This document shows, piece after piece, positions 12,328 through 24,551 of a stretch of DNA of 64,000 bases; position 1 is the first letter of the stretch; every line of letters begins with the position of its first letter. The stretch is from the NCBI GenBank assembly GCA_025558095.1, contig JAIVFI010000007.1, positions 558,001-622,000 of the forward strand. The letters run 5' to 3'. Below the pieces are notes generated by a model, which had not been told where the DNA came from, did not search any database, and saw only the letters and a list, made by a program, of their open reading frames with translations. Source of the DNA: Hyaloraphidium curvatum SAG 235-1 (taxonomy: Eukaryota > Fungi > Monoblepharomycota). The translations under genes and the position numbers were made by a program.

Positions 12328-13678
12328 ATGGCGGACGGCGTCGCCGCCGAGCCCTCGCCCGCCGCCAACGGCCACGCCTCCGCCGCGGACGCCGGCGATG
12401 CCTCCGACCCGCCCGCGCACCCGTGCTCGCTCCCGGGGTGCCCGGCCCCCGCGCGGCAAAAGTGCCCGACCTGCCTCGAGCTCGCCCTGCCCCCCGCCTA
12501 CTTCTGCTCGCAGGAGCACTTCAAACTGGCGTGGAAGGAGCACAAGCTCCGGCACGCCTCGAAGCCCAGGACGTACGACCCGTTCCCGTCGCACGTGTAC
12601 TCGGGCAAGATCAGGGCGGTCTACGACGCGGACTGGAAGCCCCTCAGGATACCGAGGAGGGCGGTGCCGGACCGGATCGCGAAGCCGGATTGGTACGAGG
12701 GGGGGATCGCAAAGGGCGAGGAGCGGCTGGGCCCGTCGACGCAGATCGAGGTGCTCAAGCCGGGCGAGATCCAGAAGATGCGGCGCGTGTGCAGGGTGGG
12801 TTGCCCGGGCCGGCGTCCGCTTGCGGAACCTGATGGATACCTACTCCGGTGTAGTTGTCGCGGGAGGTGCTCGAGGAGGGCGCCAAGGCCGCCAAGGTCG
12901 GCGCGACGACCCTCGAGATCGACCGCGTGGTGCACGAGGCCGCCATCGAGCGCGACTGCTACCCCTCCCCGCTCAACTACTACCACTTCCCCCGCTCGTG
13001 CTGCACCTCGGTCAACGAGATCATCTGCCACGGCATCCCGGACCTGTACGAGCTGCAGGACGGGGACATCCTCAACATCGACGTCAGCCTGTTCCACGAC
13101 GGGTTCCACGGGGATCTGAACGACACGTACTGCATCGGGAACGTGGACGAGGCGGGGCGGAATCTGGTGCGGGTGACGCGGGAGTGCCTCGACAAGGCGA
13201 TCGAGATTGGTGGGGAAGGCGGCGTCAAGGTGCCGGCTGCGCCCGTTGCTGACTGCTTCCTGGACCCCGCAGTCAAGCCGGGGGTGCAGTACCGCGACAT
13301 CGGCCCCGTGATTGCCAAGCACGCCAACGCGCACAACTACGCCGTCGTCAAGACCTACTGCGGCCACGGCATCGGGCGGCACTTCCACTCCCCGCCGAGC
13401 GTGCCGCACACGGCCAAGAACAAGGCCGTGGGGACGATGCGGCCGGGCCACGTGTTCACGATCGAGCCGATGATCAACGAGAGCAAGAATCCGGGGGACA
13501 AGACGTGGCCGGACAAGTGGACGTCGACGACGCTGGACGGCAAGAGATCGGCGCAGTTTGAGGAGACGATACTGGTGCGTGCTTCCCTTGGGCGAGGCAA
13601 ACGGGGCCAAGGTTGCTGACGATCAGTGCGCAGGTCACCGAGACGGGCTGCGAGGTTCTGACGGCGAAGCTGCCTTGA
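12328..13678 (+). CDS. MAP1: methionine aminopeptidase 1 with N-terminal zinc finger
   Basis: CPTC...FCSQEHFK...HK zinc finger; [51 protein letters not shown]; exons ~12328-12795, 12855-13209, 13272-13575, 13634-13678. Confidence 0.96.
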
Positions 13679-13769
13679 ATATACCAGGGTTGTCGTCAGC
13701 TGTGGAGGTGGTTCATTGCCGGGTCCAGTCCACCACTGCCCGACACCGTCCCCCTCCCGGCCGATCCCG

Positions 13770-16168
13770 ATGGCGACCCCGGCCACGCCCACGGCCCGCC
13801 CGTGGACGCCGCCCGACGCGTCGCCGTCGTGGTGGGCGCGGCTGCGCGACGCGATCCGCCCGTCGCGGCGGCCGCCGGACAGCGCGGCGGCGGGCATCAA
13901 CCGGCACGTCCGCGGCGGGCGGCCGGCGCCGGAGCCCAAGCGGGACGACGGCGAGCCCGACCCGTGGCGCGAGTGGCGGCTCGCGCTGAAGCGGTCGCGG
14001 ACGCTGGCGTACTCGGTGGTGTCTGCGCTGTGGGGAGGCGTCGCCTTCGGCTTCAACCTCACCGCGCTCAACTCGCCGCGCGGCGTCATCACGTGCGCCA
14101 CCGTGGCGCCCGCCGCGCAGGGCCTGGCGTTCCTGCCGCCGTGCCTGGCCGGCTTCAACAACCTCGCGTGGGGCGGCGCCGTCGCCGCCTTCCTGTGCGG
14201 CGCGCTGGTCGGCTCGCTGCTGGCCGCTCGCCTGGCAGCCGCATTCGGCCGCAAGTGGACGCTCGTGCTGACCAACCTGGCCGTGGTGCCCGGCCACGTG
14301 CTCGTCTTCTTCTCCGTCGGCCCGTGGATGTTTGCCCTCGGCAGGCTGCTGCTCGGCGTCGGCGGCGGCTCGTGCGCCACCGTCGTCTCGGTCTACCTCG
14401 CCGAGGTCGCGCCCGCGGCCAGCAGGGGCGCCATCGGCGCCACCTACCACCTCTCCATGACCGTGGGCATGCTGCTCACCATGATCCTGGGCAACTTCCT
14501 GTCCACCCCGCGCTACTGGCGCGTGCTCCTGGCCATCGGGATGGTCTTTTCGGCAGCCATGGTCGCCACCATGCCGTTCGCGGTCGAGAGCCCGCGGTGG
14601 CTCGTGTTCTCGGGCCGCTTCGCCGCCGCCAAGCGCGCCCTGCGCAAGCTGCGCGGGATCGCGCACGGCGAGCCGTCGCCGGCCGTGGACGCCGAGTTTG
14701 CCGCGCTGCTGGACGGGCTCGGGGTGCGCAGCCAGGTGCAGGACGCGGCGAGGGCGTGGTTCGAGGAGGCGGAAAAGGCCGGCGCGGCGGACGCCAAGTC
14801 GGGCTGGGTCCCGCAGCCGCTGTCGCCCGTGTCGGCGGTCAAACCTGCGCCGCCGTCGCCGCCGTCGGGGGACGCGGGCAAGCCGGGGGAGCCCGAGGAC
14901 ACGCTCTTCACCGAGGTGGAGGACGACGTGGGGCTGGGCCCCGAGACGGACGAGCTGTTTGGGCTCAACCACCACGCGTTCGAGGAGGAGGACGACGGCT
15001 CGGATTCCGAGGAGGAGCACAGCCTGCGCGCTTCGCAGGAGAGCTCGCGCGACCCCGCCGACCCGCGGCGGTCTATGTCTTCGTCTTCGCGGCGCCGCCT
15101 CCTGGGCAACGGCGCCGCCCGCTCGCCGCTCCCCATGCGGGAACTGCTCACCTCTCGCTCGCTGCGCAAGAACCTCTTCCTGGTCTGCATGCTGCAGGTC
15201 GCCCTGCCCCTCTGCGGCATCGCGGCGATCAACATGTACTCCACCACGGTGTTCTCCCGCGCCTTCCCGCAGAGCACCTCCCTCATGCTCACCGCCATCC
15301 TCGGCCCCGTCCTGCTGCTCTCCTCGCTGCTCGCGATCCCGCTCGCCGACCGCGCGGGGCGCAAGCCTCTCCTGGTTGCGAGCTTCGCGGGCATGGCGCT
15401 GTGCTGCGCGGCGATGGCCGCCGCGGGGCCGTTCTGTGGGGTGGGGGGGAGCGAGGCGGGGAGCATGGCGGCGATGGCGCACGGGCACAGGGTGGTGTCG
15501 AGGTCGGGGTCCGGGCTTGGCCTGGGCTACGGGGCGGTCGGGCACGGGGTGAATTGGGCGGAGGTGCATCGCGTGGTGCCGAGACAAGCGCCGGACAGCG
15601 ATCCGGACGACGATGACCAGGATGGGGACGACGATGACGACGACTCGGACGCGGACGGCGACGGGCAGGTGGAGCTGTCGATCGAGGTCAGCGTCCACAA
15701 GACGACGACCAACATGGTCGCCGCGGGGCTGTTCGTCGCGTTCGCGTACCTCTTCGTGGCGCTGTTTTCGGGGGGGTTGGGGGCGATCGGGGTCATGATC
15801 CTGCCCGAGCGTGGGTGTTCGCCCAGCACGAAGCGCGCTCGGATCGCTGACCGCCTTTCAATTGGCAGTGATTCCGCTGCCGGCGGTCATGTCGGCCTCG
15901 TCGCTGGCGTCGGGCCTGCATTGGATCTTCTCCATCCTCGTCTCCTTCCTGATTCCTGTGAGCCGTCCCGCCTTCGGTTCCCGCACGTCCCTGACTGACC
16001 ACACCCTTCAAACCTCAGACGATGCTCTCGGGCTTGGGAACCTACACTTTCGTCGTCTTTGGCGGCCTCAACCTTGCCTTTCTGGCCGCGGTGCTGCTCC
16101 TCATGAAGGAGACGAAAGGGTACTCGATCGACGTGCTTACGGCGGGGCTGCTGGCGATCGACGGATAG
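13770..16168 (+). CDS. MFS sugar porter family transporter with acidic insertions
   Basis: FGRK, LGRLLLG, YLAEVAPAASRG, VESPRWL, DRAGRKPLL, C-terminal KETKG; two 3' introns (~15811-15867, ~15958-16018). Confidence 0.88.
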
Positions 16169-16563
16169 GGATGCGATGCGGAGGGCTGGCTGCCAAATTA
16201 ATGGTTTCTCGCCTCGTCTACGAGGTTTCGAAGCTTGTACGGTCGCTGCCCACATTGACTTGCCTCGTCGCGCCGTGGCCCATTCCTGTCCAACCTGAAG
16301 GCGGTGGTGCTGGGGTACGAGCCACAGTGGAGCCTTTTCGACTCTTACACGGACGGGGATTCGTCATGGTCGGGAAGAACCGGTTCCGGTTCAAGTGGGG
16401 GCATGTCCCGACCTCGCGCTAAGACATCGCGTTGGTGGCTGAGGCATCCTCCCATTGCTCAACGTCCCTCTCGGGACGCCACACCTCACCACACCTCCCG
16501 CCCCACCAAGAGCAAAGCGCACACTTAGCGGGTCAAAATCACGTCAGTAGGCAGACAATGGCC

Positions 16564-16627
16564 GGCCTCTTCGCCGCTCACAATGTTCGCGGCGGCCTCT
16601 TCGCCGCTCACACACGTTCGCGGCGGG
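16564..16627. repeat. two-copy ~30-nt tandem repeat upstream of the PLA2-like gene
   Basis: cggcctcttcgccgctcaca(atg/cacg)ttcgcgg occurs twice in tandem. Confidence 0.7.
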
Positions 16628-16639
16628 GCAGACCTCAAG

Positions 16640-17441
16640 ATGTTGAACATGCCCGTTCTCTGTCTTCTCTTCTTAGGCGCAGGGAGACGCGCGCTCCGCA
16701 TCATCGCCGTCTGGGCACTCGTTACCGTGCTATCTTGTCACATTACCCTCGCGCACGCGGCACCGCCATCTACCGGTCTGCCACCCTACATCTCCCTGCC
16801 CCCCAGCATCGGGACGGCCGCCGCGGCCAAAGCCTATCTCGAAAAGGAGTACGCCGCCAGGGGCTACTTTCGCAACGCATCCTCCGTGCAAGGCAACGCC
16901 GTACAGCCCAACAACGTGGGACCATGCAACATGTGCAGGGACGGGCAGAGGTGGAGGCCCGTCATCAAATCGTATCAAATTGATGGGTATGTGCATGGCA
17001 AACTCGAACCCGACCGGCCGAAATAAGTGACTATAGAACGTTGCAGTTGCTCCGTGCCTAGCGGGGTCACTACGACGGCATTCAGGACGAGGTTCAGGAC
17101 CACCTTCGAGAACTGTTGCAACGCCCATGATAGGTGCTACCGTGAGTAACCGCCCCGAAGAGCAAATGTCGAACGCTTGACGTGGCCGCCCGGCAGAGAC
17201 ATGCAACAGTAGGAAAGGCTCGTGCGACAGCACATGGTACAATTGCATGTGGAACAGATGCAACAGCTTCAGCGGGAGCAGGCGCCAACAGTGCCGAAGC
17301 GACGCCGGATGGGGCAACACCGCCGTTGACTGGTTGGGTGGATTCGCCTTTTGCGGGCGTCAGAGGGAATACTGCGAATGCTATGGCACCCCTTGCCGGA
17401 AGCCGTGGTATTGCCCGTGGTCGTGGTGCTCGTGCGTCTAA
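16640..17441 (+). CDS. secreted phospholipase A2, group XII-like (spliced)
   Basis: Hydrophobic N-terminus; spliced DG|CSS...FENCCNAHDRCY|QTCNSRKGSCDSTWYNC carries the sPLA2 CCxxHDxCY catalytic motif; introns ~16987-17046 and ~17142-17195. Confidence 0.8.
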
Positions 17442-17568
17442 ATGCTTTCATGCAGCGGTCGTGCGGCGTATGTAAAGGATTTGGGGGAGTGGCGAGGAGC
17501 GGACCACTGATCGGAACCGAGGGAAGGAATGCGGCCGGGGGCTTAGATGAGATGTTCCCCTTTTGTAA

Positions 17569-19259
17569 ATGATGGGTCTGCACCTTCGTCGTGTGTCTGT
17601 TGCCCCTCATGAAGGAGACCAGGTGCACACGACCCAGCCAGCGATCGTCACTATGATACTGTCTCCCTCCACAAACGTCGAGATGGCCGCAACTGCCCAA
17701 GAATACCGCGCTCCGTCCGATTTCTCGCAGGCCGAATGGCTCGCGCTGTTCCCATGGCCCGCCAAGGACCGCGGCGCCGGACTTCCCCCCGACGACGAGG
17801 GCGCGCTCCCGGAGCCCGCCGAGGCCCAGTATCCCCTGGACGCACGTTCCGTCGCGGCTGCGCTGGCGCCTTGGCCACACTTGCGGAGGCTGTCGCAGTT
17901 CCAGCGGTCGACGGCGCTCCTGACGGTCGGGTCGACGAACCTGTGGATGCTAGTCCGCCTCGCCGCGGCGACGGCGGCCAGCTGCGCGCTTCTCGCGCTC
18001 ACAGTCGTCGAGTCGGGCGGGCGGTTCGGGCTGAAGCAGACAATTGCATTCGCCGTCACATTTTGGGGCGGCCTCTGGGTCGCAATCCTTCAGTCTTCCC
18101 CGCAGAGGCCGGGGAAGGTCGCGTCATGGAACTACGACTCGGATCCCCTTGCCGGATTCATTCGCTGGCGCCAGCTCGTTGCTGGAGACCTCAACGCGGA
18201 GGCAGGAGTGCCGGGAAGCCCCGCCCCATGCGATGCGGACGAGGACTGTGAGAAGGACGGCGGGCGTTCCGGGCGGGACTCCGTCCTTCTGCAGCACTGG
18301 GAAGGGGACGACAAGTGCCCCTGCACGACGTGCTTGGCCGACCTGGGCCCGTCCATCCTGCGGCAGCTCGTGGCTCTAATCGCGTTACACATCCTAACGG
18401 GCGGTTGGGCCGCATGGCTTCTCTCATCCTGGACGCCGCTCGTGACCATGGGTAGCAAGGCGTGGTACGGGCCCTGGGCTGTCGCCGGAGTCATCCTTGT
18501 GATTCACATTGCGGTGACTTGGTATCCGGTCGAGGTGCTCGCGCTGAGAAGCACGCGGTGCTCGGGCGTCATGACACCCACCCTCCGGCTTCTCCGGCGC
18601 GCCGTGGCCGCGAACCTCATGTCGGTCCTGGACGTTTGCCGGGGCGCTGCTGACAACTATGACCGGCACATCTCTCTGCTGATCCAGCTCCGTCATCGCC
18701 TTGGAGCTGCAGGTGCCGTGAGGCTTTCGGCCGTGGATGCCCACACCAGAGGGTGGATCTTCGTGAGCATGACGTTCGTCCTTTCCGTTATCGTGGTCGC
18801 GGTGAGAGTTTCGTGCTCTTGCTGCGGTCGTCCGCAGTCCTGATTCTGCCGCAGGCCGTCGGAGGGTGCATCACCGCAGGAAGCATTGCCAGCATCGGGG
18901 CCCTGTTCGGCATTTTTTCTTTCGACATCTATCTCGCCGCGTACAGCAATGGGCTGGCCTCGGATGCCGGCAAGCTCTACGACGCCGCGCTTGTCCGGTT
19001 GCGGGAATGGCGCGCCCGCGACTACGCCACCATGATCATCGACCCCGCCCACGCCGAGCGCATTGCGCGCGTCGAGAGCCTGCTGCGCTCGTACAGGGAC
19101 GTGGCGGGTCTGCAGGCGACGCTGCTGGGGTTCCCGATCACGTTCCAGGTCGTGCGGACGTTCCTCGTTACCACAGTGACAGTTGCGATCGGCCTGTGGA
19201 GTCTGCTGCGGGGCGCCGGGCTGTTTTTCACCATCGAGAGCATATGTCCCTCCTACTGA
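17569..19259 (+). CDS. 7-transmembrane orphan protein, gustatory-receptor-like (7TMIC/DUF3537-like) candidate
   Basis: Intron 18802-18854 joins two ORFs in frame; seven hydrophobic segments; C-terminal LQATLLGFPITFQVVRTFLVTTVTVAIGLW; start codon uncertain (17569/17655/17682). Confidence 0.6.
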
Positions 19260-19438
19260 TCGCGGCACCTTAGGCGAACGAGCCGCGGACCTACATGCAG
19301 CTCCACTCCCCGCCAGCGTCGCGTCCTCCCGCACCGCGACGGATCGCACGCGCTGTTCCTCGGGGACACGGGGGAGTGGGCGGTGGTATAGTCCTGAGCA
19401 TCGTGCCACGGGTGAATGGCTGGTCCGGGAGCGAGGCT

Positions 19439-21394
19439 TTACAGCGTGTCCCTGTACGCCTCGCGCAGCCAGCCGCCGACCGTCCCCGCGATCTGCAGCG
19501 CGAGAAACTTGGAGTAGTACCTCTGGTGTGTCGCCGCCCCGCCAAAGATATAGAAATCGTCCAAGTGGAGGTGTCGCTTAAAGCATCCCCGCAGCTCGCC
19601 CTCAGAGTCGAGCCCCCAGGTGGCGTCCATCCTCGCGCCGATCTCGGCGCCTCCCTCGCCAAAGACCCGCTCTGCCACCGCCGCTGCGCTGATATCCATA
19701 AAGCCGGTGCACCAAACGATCGCATCGGCGTCAATCTCGGTGCCGTCGCTCAGGAGCAGTCCGCGCTCTGTGTAGGCGGCGGGCACCACGCCCGAGCGGA
19801 TCCCCACAGAACGCTCCGAGATGAGCTTGGTGCCGCCCATATCAATGTAGTGGCGCCCGGCTTTCTCCATGACGTTCTGGGTTATGTCTCCTTCGGTCGT
19901 TACCACCTGGAAGCCGGCCTCGGCGAGGGCCTTGTATCTGTCACTGGGGGACGGTCGGCTCGCGAAGCAAACAGAACCAACACCACCCACGGCTCAGCCA
20001 GCGCCTTCATCCTGTTTCCCATCCTCGCCAACTGGCCCTCACGGCAATCGGTTGGCCCATGGTCGCCTTGTCCAGAAGGTCGGCAGGGATACCATCGTAC
20101 CGCCCAAACGCGGCCTCGACGTAGTCCACCGGAATCACGTACGTCGGAGACCGCTGGATCATGGTCGTTCGAATGCCGGCGCTGTGGCAGTCTTCCAGCA
20201 CGTCGAACGCAGTGTTGGCGGACCCAACGACTACTGCGGATTGGCAGCCACGCTCCACGAGCTGCTTGGCGTTCTTGTACGCGACCGAATGCACGCTCAC
20301 GCCGCGGTAGGTGTTCTTTCCTGGGATCTCCGGCAAGTAGGGAGCACTGGAGCCTAGGCCTGTGGCCTGCACTAGTTGACCGGCACTGACCGTCTTCCTG
20401 CCCTGCGGGGTTGACAGCTCCGCAATCCAGCGTCCGGAGGCGGCGTCCCGGCACGTGGAGAGCAAATGGGAAGAGAGGAGGAGGTTGATGCCCAGGTTCT
20501 TGACGAGGAGCTCGACCTGGTCGGCGAGGTTGTCGCGGGAGAGGCACCGCGGCAGGTCCTTCGGGTATGCTGTCGCGGGCTGGCGGTCAAGGACATTCCT
20601 AACTCATGCCATGAAAACCCACGGACATACGGCATCTGCACGGAGCTTGCGGGCAGGTGGAAACGCATTGGATCGTAGCGCAGCCGCCAGTTGTCACCCG
20701 GGCGCGCGTTGCGCTCGACGACGAGGTAATCCATGCCCAGCTCCTTCAACCGCGCGCCGAGGATCACGCCCGAGTTGCCACCCCCGACGATGAGCACGTC
20801 CGTGCTGATATCGGTCTCGTCCGACACGTTTCGCGCGGGGAGGGCGAGGTTGGAGGGGACCCACGGTGTCGAGTCAACGGCATCCAACCACGTGGTGAGC
20901 GTCCAAATCTTCCAACCGGACGAGCCGTCCGGCTGCTTCTCCGAAACCAGCTTGGCGCTGCCAGTGCACCGAGCCGCCGGCTCCCCGGTTGCAAACGCGA
21001 ACGAAAAGTCCACCACCGTAAGGTTAGGCCCCGACGGCATGCAACGTGCCGAGTTCGGCATCACGGAAAAACCGGAGGGTCGCCGGAGCCTTGCCAGTGC
21101 GGCGAGGTTCCGCGGCGCGGAGCTGTCCGCGAAGGTCCTGAAGTGGTACGTAAAGGCCAGCGTGTCCCGCCAGTAGCATTGCTCCTTCAAGAAGCACTCG
21201 GCGAGTCGGTCCGAACTTCCGTTGGCCAAAGCGTCGGCGAGGCGTGTCAGCGCGGCGGAGGCGAGCTCCGCGGCGGCGCCCTCGGCGGAAGGCGGCGCTG
21301 CGCCGCCGTCCGTTGGAAAAGGCCGGTATATTTCAGAATGGAGGTCCGCGCGTCGCGGATATCCCGCCGCGGTGCAGTTGGCGGCCGAAGGCAT
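19439..21394 (-). CDS. flavin-containing monooxygenase (fungal FMO/YUCCA-like with N-terminal extension)
   Basis: FAD motif IVGGGNSG, FMO signature YRGVSVHSVAY, NADPH motif VVGSANTAFD, WCTGF; several short introns. Confidence 0.88.
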
Positions 21395-21810
21395 CGCGCA
21401 CAGAGGTCTAAAAGGACTGTCTCCCAATCCAGGGTCCAACGGTTTTCAGACCCAGCTGTAACTGGACGCGGATTCTGATTGCTGGAAGTCTCCGCACTTT
21501 CAAAGCTTGTATATCTCGGGCTCAGACCGATCTCGGTGAAGAGTTACAGGATCGCGCATTCTGGCATTGACGGTGCGTCTGAGCCTCGAACAGGCTGGTG
21601 TGACTCCCATCCTTGGTCTCAACCTGAGTGCACAGCGGTTGTGGCCACGCAAGCATAAAGGGGACACTCTCCGTGCTACCTCCTCATCGAACTCGTGCCG
21701 TCGAAAAGGTGGGCGAAGTCGGTTCCCGCACGCTTGAGCCCTCACAAAGCTTCCGCCTTGCAGACTCGCCACCACCAAAGCGGATCCGTCACAACACCGA
21801 GCACACCACA

Positions 21811-22161
21811 ATGTCCGGAAGCGGCGACCAGCCCAGCAATGTGGTCCTCTTCGACTCCCAGGTCGCCGGCGGGGAGGACCGGCGCAAAGTCGACGAGTTT
21901 CTCTCCAGCACCTTCGGCGGGTACAAGTACACCGCAGAGACCGGCAAGGACCCCACGGTTTACGGAAAATACGTGGAACCGGTGCTCCACGCGACCGAGC
22001 ACTACGCCAGGGGCGTGGCTTACAACAATCCGGTCGAGATCGCGAGGGCCAAGGACGAACTCCGTGCCGTCGGCACGGGGCTCAACAACATGGATCACAA
22101 GTACCAGAAGGAAGCAAAGGCGGTAGCAAACGCCAACACCAAGCCCGCGCCGAACAACTGA
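21811..22161 (+). CDS. 116-aa intronless hypothetical protein
   Basis: Clean ATG-TGA ORF with natural composition and GC3 bias (MSGSGDQPSNVVLFDSQ...). Confidence 0.65.
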   Translation: MSGSGDQPSNVVLFDSQVAGGEDRRKVDEFLSSTFGGYKYTAETGKDPTVYGKYVEPVLHATEHYARGVAYNNPVEIARAKDELRAVGTGLNNMDHKYQKEAKAVANANTKPAPNN

Positions 22162-22325
22162 ATGTCGTTATTGACTTGCACGGGAGGAGAACGTGGCCGG
22201 GCTTTGGGGACGCATGACCTGCGTCCGGATGCGCTGGTGCCCATCATCAACGCGGGAGCACCTCAATTTGGGCCACCTGTGAAACTAGATCTAGATGGAA
22301 GTGTGTTGGAAGGAACAAGAATGTT

Positions 22326-24332
22326 CTAGGCACCGCTGCGTTCCCATTGGCCAAACTCCTCCGCATTCGCCATCTCTTGCTTGGAGAGGCTAGTTATGCC
22401 GATGCTCTGATCCAACTGCTCCTGTTCCAAAGGAGAACCCGCGTCCTTCGCGAGGGCAATGGCCAGCCTCAAGGCGTTCTTTATCTGCCTCCCGTTCAGG
22501 GTGTGCTGCGCGAGCTGCCCGAAGTCCAGAGTACCGACTTCGATGCCCGCACGAGCTACGAGGTTCCTCCACACCTGCTCCCTGGCCTTGGGATCCAGGT
22601 GGAAGTACCGCAACGCCAACGTGACGCGGGATTCAAAGGCGGGATCGAACTCGCGCACGCGGTTGGTCGTGAGGAACAGGATCCCCCGATGGTACTCGAG
22701 CAGCCTGAGCATCACGCATACCATGGCGTTTCGAAGAACGTCCGAAGTGCTGCGCTTCTCCAGGAACACGTCGGCCTCGTCGATGAGCACCAGGGCATCC
22801 CACTCGGCGCAGAGATCCAGCACCTCGCCGAGCCGCTTCTCCATTTCCTCGGGAGTGATGCCGAGCTCTCCCATGCTCACGTAGTACAGGGGCCGCTTGA
22901 GGACCTCGGAAATCGCCTCGGCGGTGAGGGTCTTCCCAACGCCAGGCGGGCCGTGCAGCAGGAAGATGCTGCCGCCGCTCTTGCCCTCGATGATGTCCTC
23001 AAAGCTGTCCGCGCCGAACGTCACCAACGCTCTGATCAACCGCTTGTGGTCGGCGGGGAGCACTAGCTGGTCGAAGGCCTTTTCGTTGAACCGGATCTCG
23101 CGCAGTCCCTCCACAAGGACGTGTCCCCATGCCTTGGACGAGAAGCTGAAGCCCGTCAGGGCCGGCCAGGTGAACTTGAGAAGCTGCTTGGGGAGCTCCC
23201 GCATTATAAAGAGCGAGTCTGGAGCGGTGCCGCCGGATTTCGACCGCTGGTCCGCGATCCAACGCCGGTAGCGCCCGGCTGTCTGGATAAGCGCATTCGA
23301 CGCCTCGTCGGCCGCCTGCAGAACTTCGGTGTTAGTTTGTCGGTGCGTATGCGCCGAACGCTACAGTACCTGCGAAGGGTAGTGCCCGAGCTGGATTCCG
23401 CGCGCCGTGTCCAACATTAACCGCCCCGATCCCGAGGCAGCTAGACCGCCCTGTTTCTTGGCACCGCCGTGAATGAAGAACGTGCCCGAGTCGTACTGTA
23501 CGAAGGCCGGTCCTCCGATTCCGTACCGCGAGTAGGCCAAACCTCGCTCTTCGAACCTTGCCTGGTCCGCTTCGTTCATAGGCACATAGGCGAGGTCTCC
23601 GAGCGGTCGTGCTCTGACGCCTTGCCAACCTGAGAGTACTTCCTCAAAGCGCACGACAGCAAAGTGTTCGGCACCGACGGCGACGACAAACTCGAGCACG
23701 AGGTGGAAACCCTTCTCGAAACCCATCAGCGTCCTCTTGACGTCGTAGTAGGACTCGACGACAAAGAAACCGGCCTGCACGCCTCCCAGCCCGGTCGCGC
23801 CGGCGACGGCGGTGCCCGGCACGTACAGCTCGCCGAGGGCTTCGAACGTGATCTTGCCGCCGGCGATGAGAGCGCGGTACGCCGCATTGTCCTCGGCAAA
23901 CAGCCCCTCCGCAGCAGCAATGAGCTCGTCCAGGCCCGGCACGCTGAGGGGCCGGCTCGCGCTCTCAATCTGGAAGCCGAATGCGCTCAGCTGGTCCAGG
24001 GTCCGGCGCCGAATGTAGAGGGAGAACCACGGCGCCGAAGGGTCCTTCAACCCCGCGTTGTACTCGCGAATCGAGAAGCTTAGGGACTGCAAACGCCCCA
24101 GGACGTTGAAGAGCTCGTCGCGGGTGACCAATTTGAGGGGCCCGGCGCCGAGAAAGTGCCTGACCACGGCGGACAGGGCCACAGTGCCCGGCTCCGCTTT
24201 TGCCCGCTGGGGAAACGACACGCGCTCGTCGCCGGTGGCTCCCTCTATCACAAAAGCGGCCTCGGGATCCGCATCGGCAGCCGCACGCGGAGGTCCCGCG
24301 GGCGTAGGAGGGGGCGGCGGGGCAGGGGGCAT
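22326..24332 (-). CDS. fungal-type single-module AAA+ ATPase
   Basis: Walker A LHGPPGVGKT, Walker B LIDEADVFL, LFLTTNR, DPAFESR, LNGRQIKN; intron ~23368-23317. Confidence 0.9.
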
Positions 24333-24551
24333 CCTCTCGTCGCAGCCGAGGGCACTTCGGGCGCCGAAATCGGATTTAGGGCCACGGCAGGGGGGAGCCC
24401 CTTGTCGCAGCAAGGAAATTGCTTGCTTGTCGGCGCTTTCTGCCGGGGATTAATGCGGAGAAATGCCGTTGCGTCAACGCGATCGATCCGCCTCAGCGCG
24501 CGGGCCGGTGGGCGCGGGCCGTGATCGGAAGGCTGATCGTGTCGTCAAGCA

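Noticed and set aside
13713-15698. Long antisense and alternate-frame ORFs (also 29132-31222, 2573-4411, 40993-43176)
   Set aside because: Stop-poor shadow frames expected from high GC3 in real genes; no motifs
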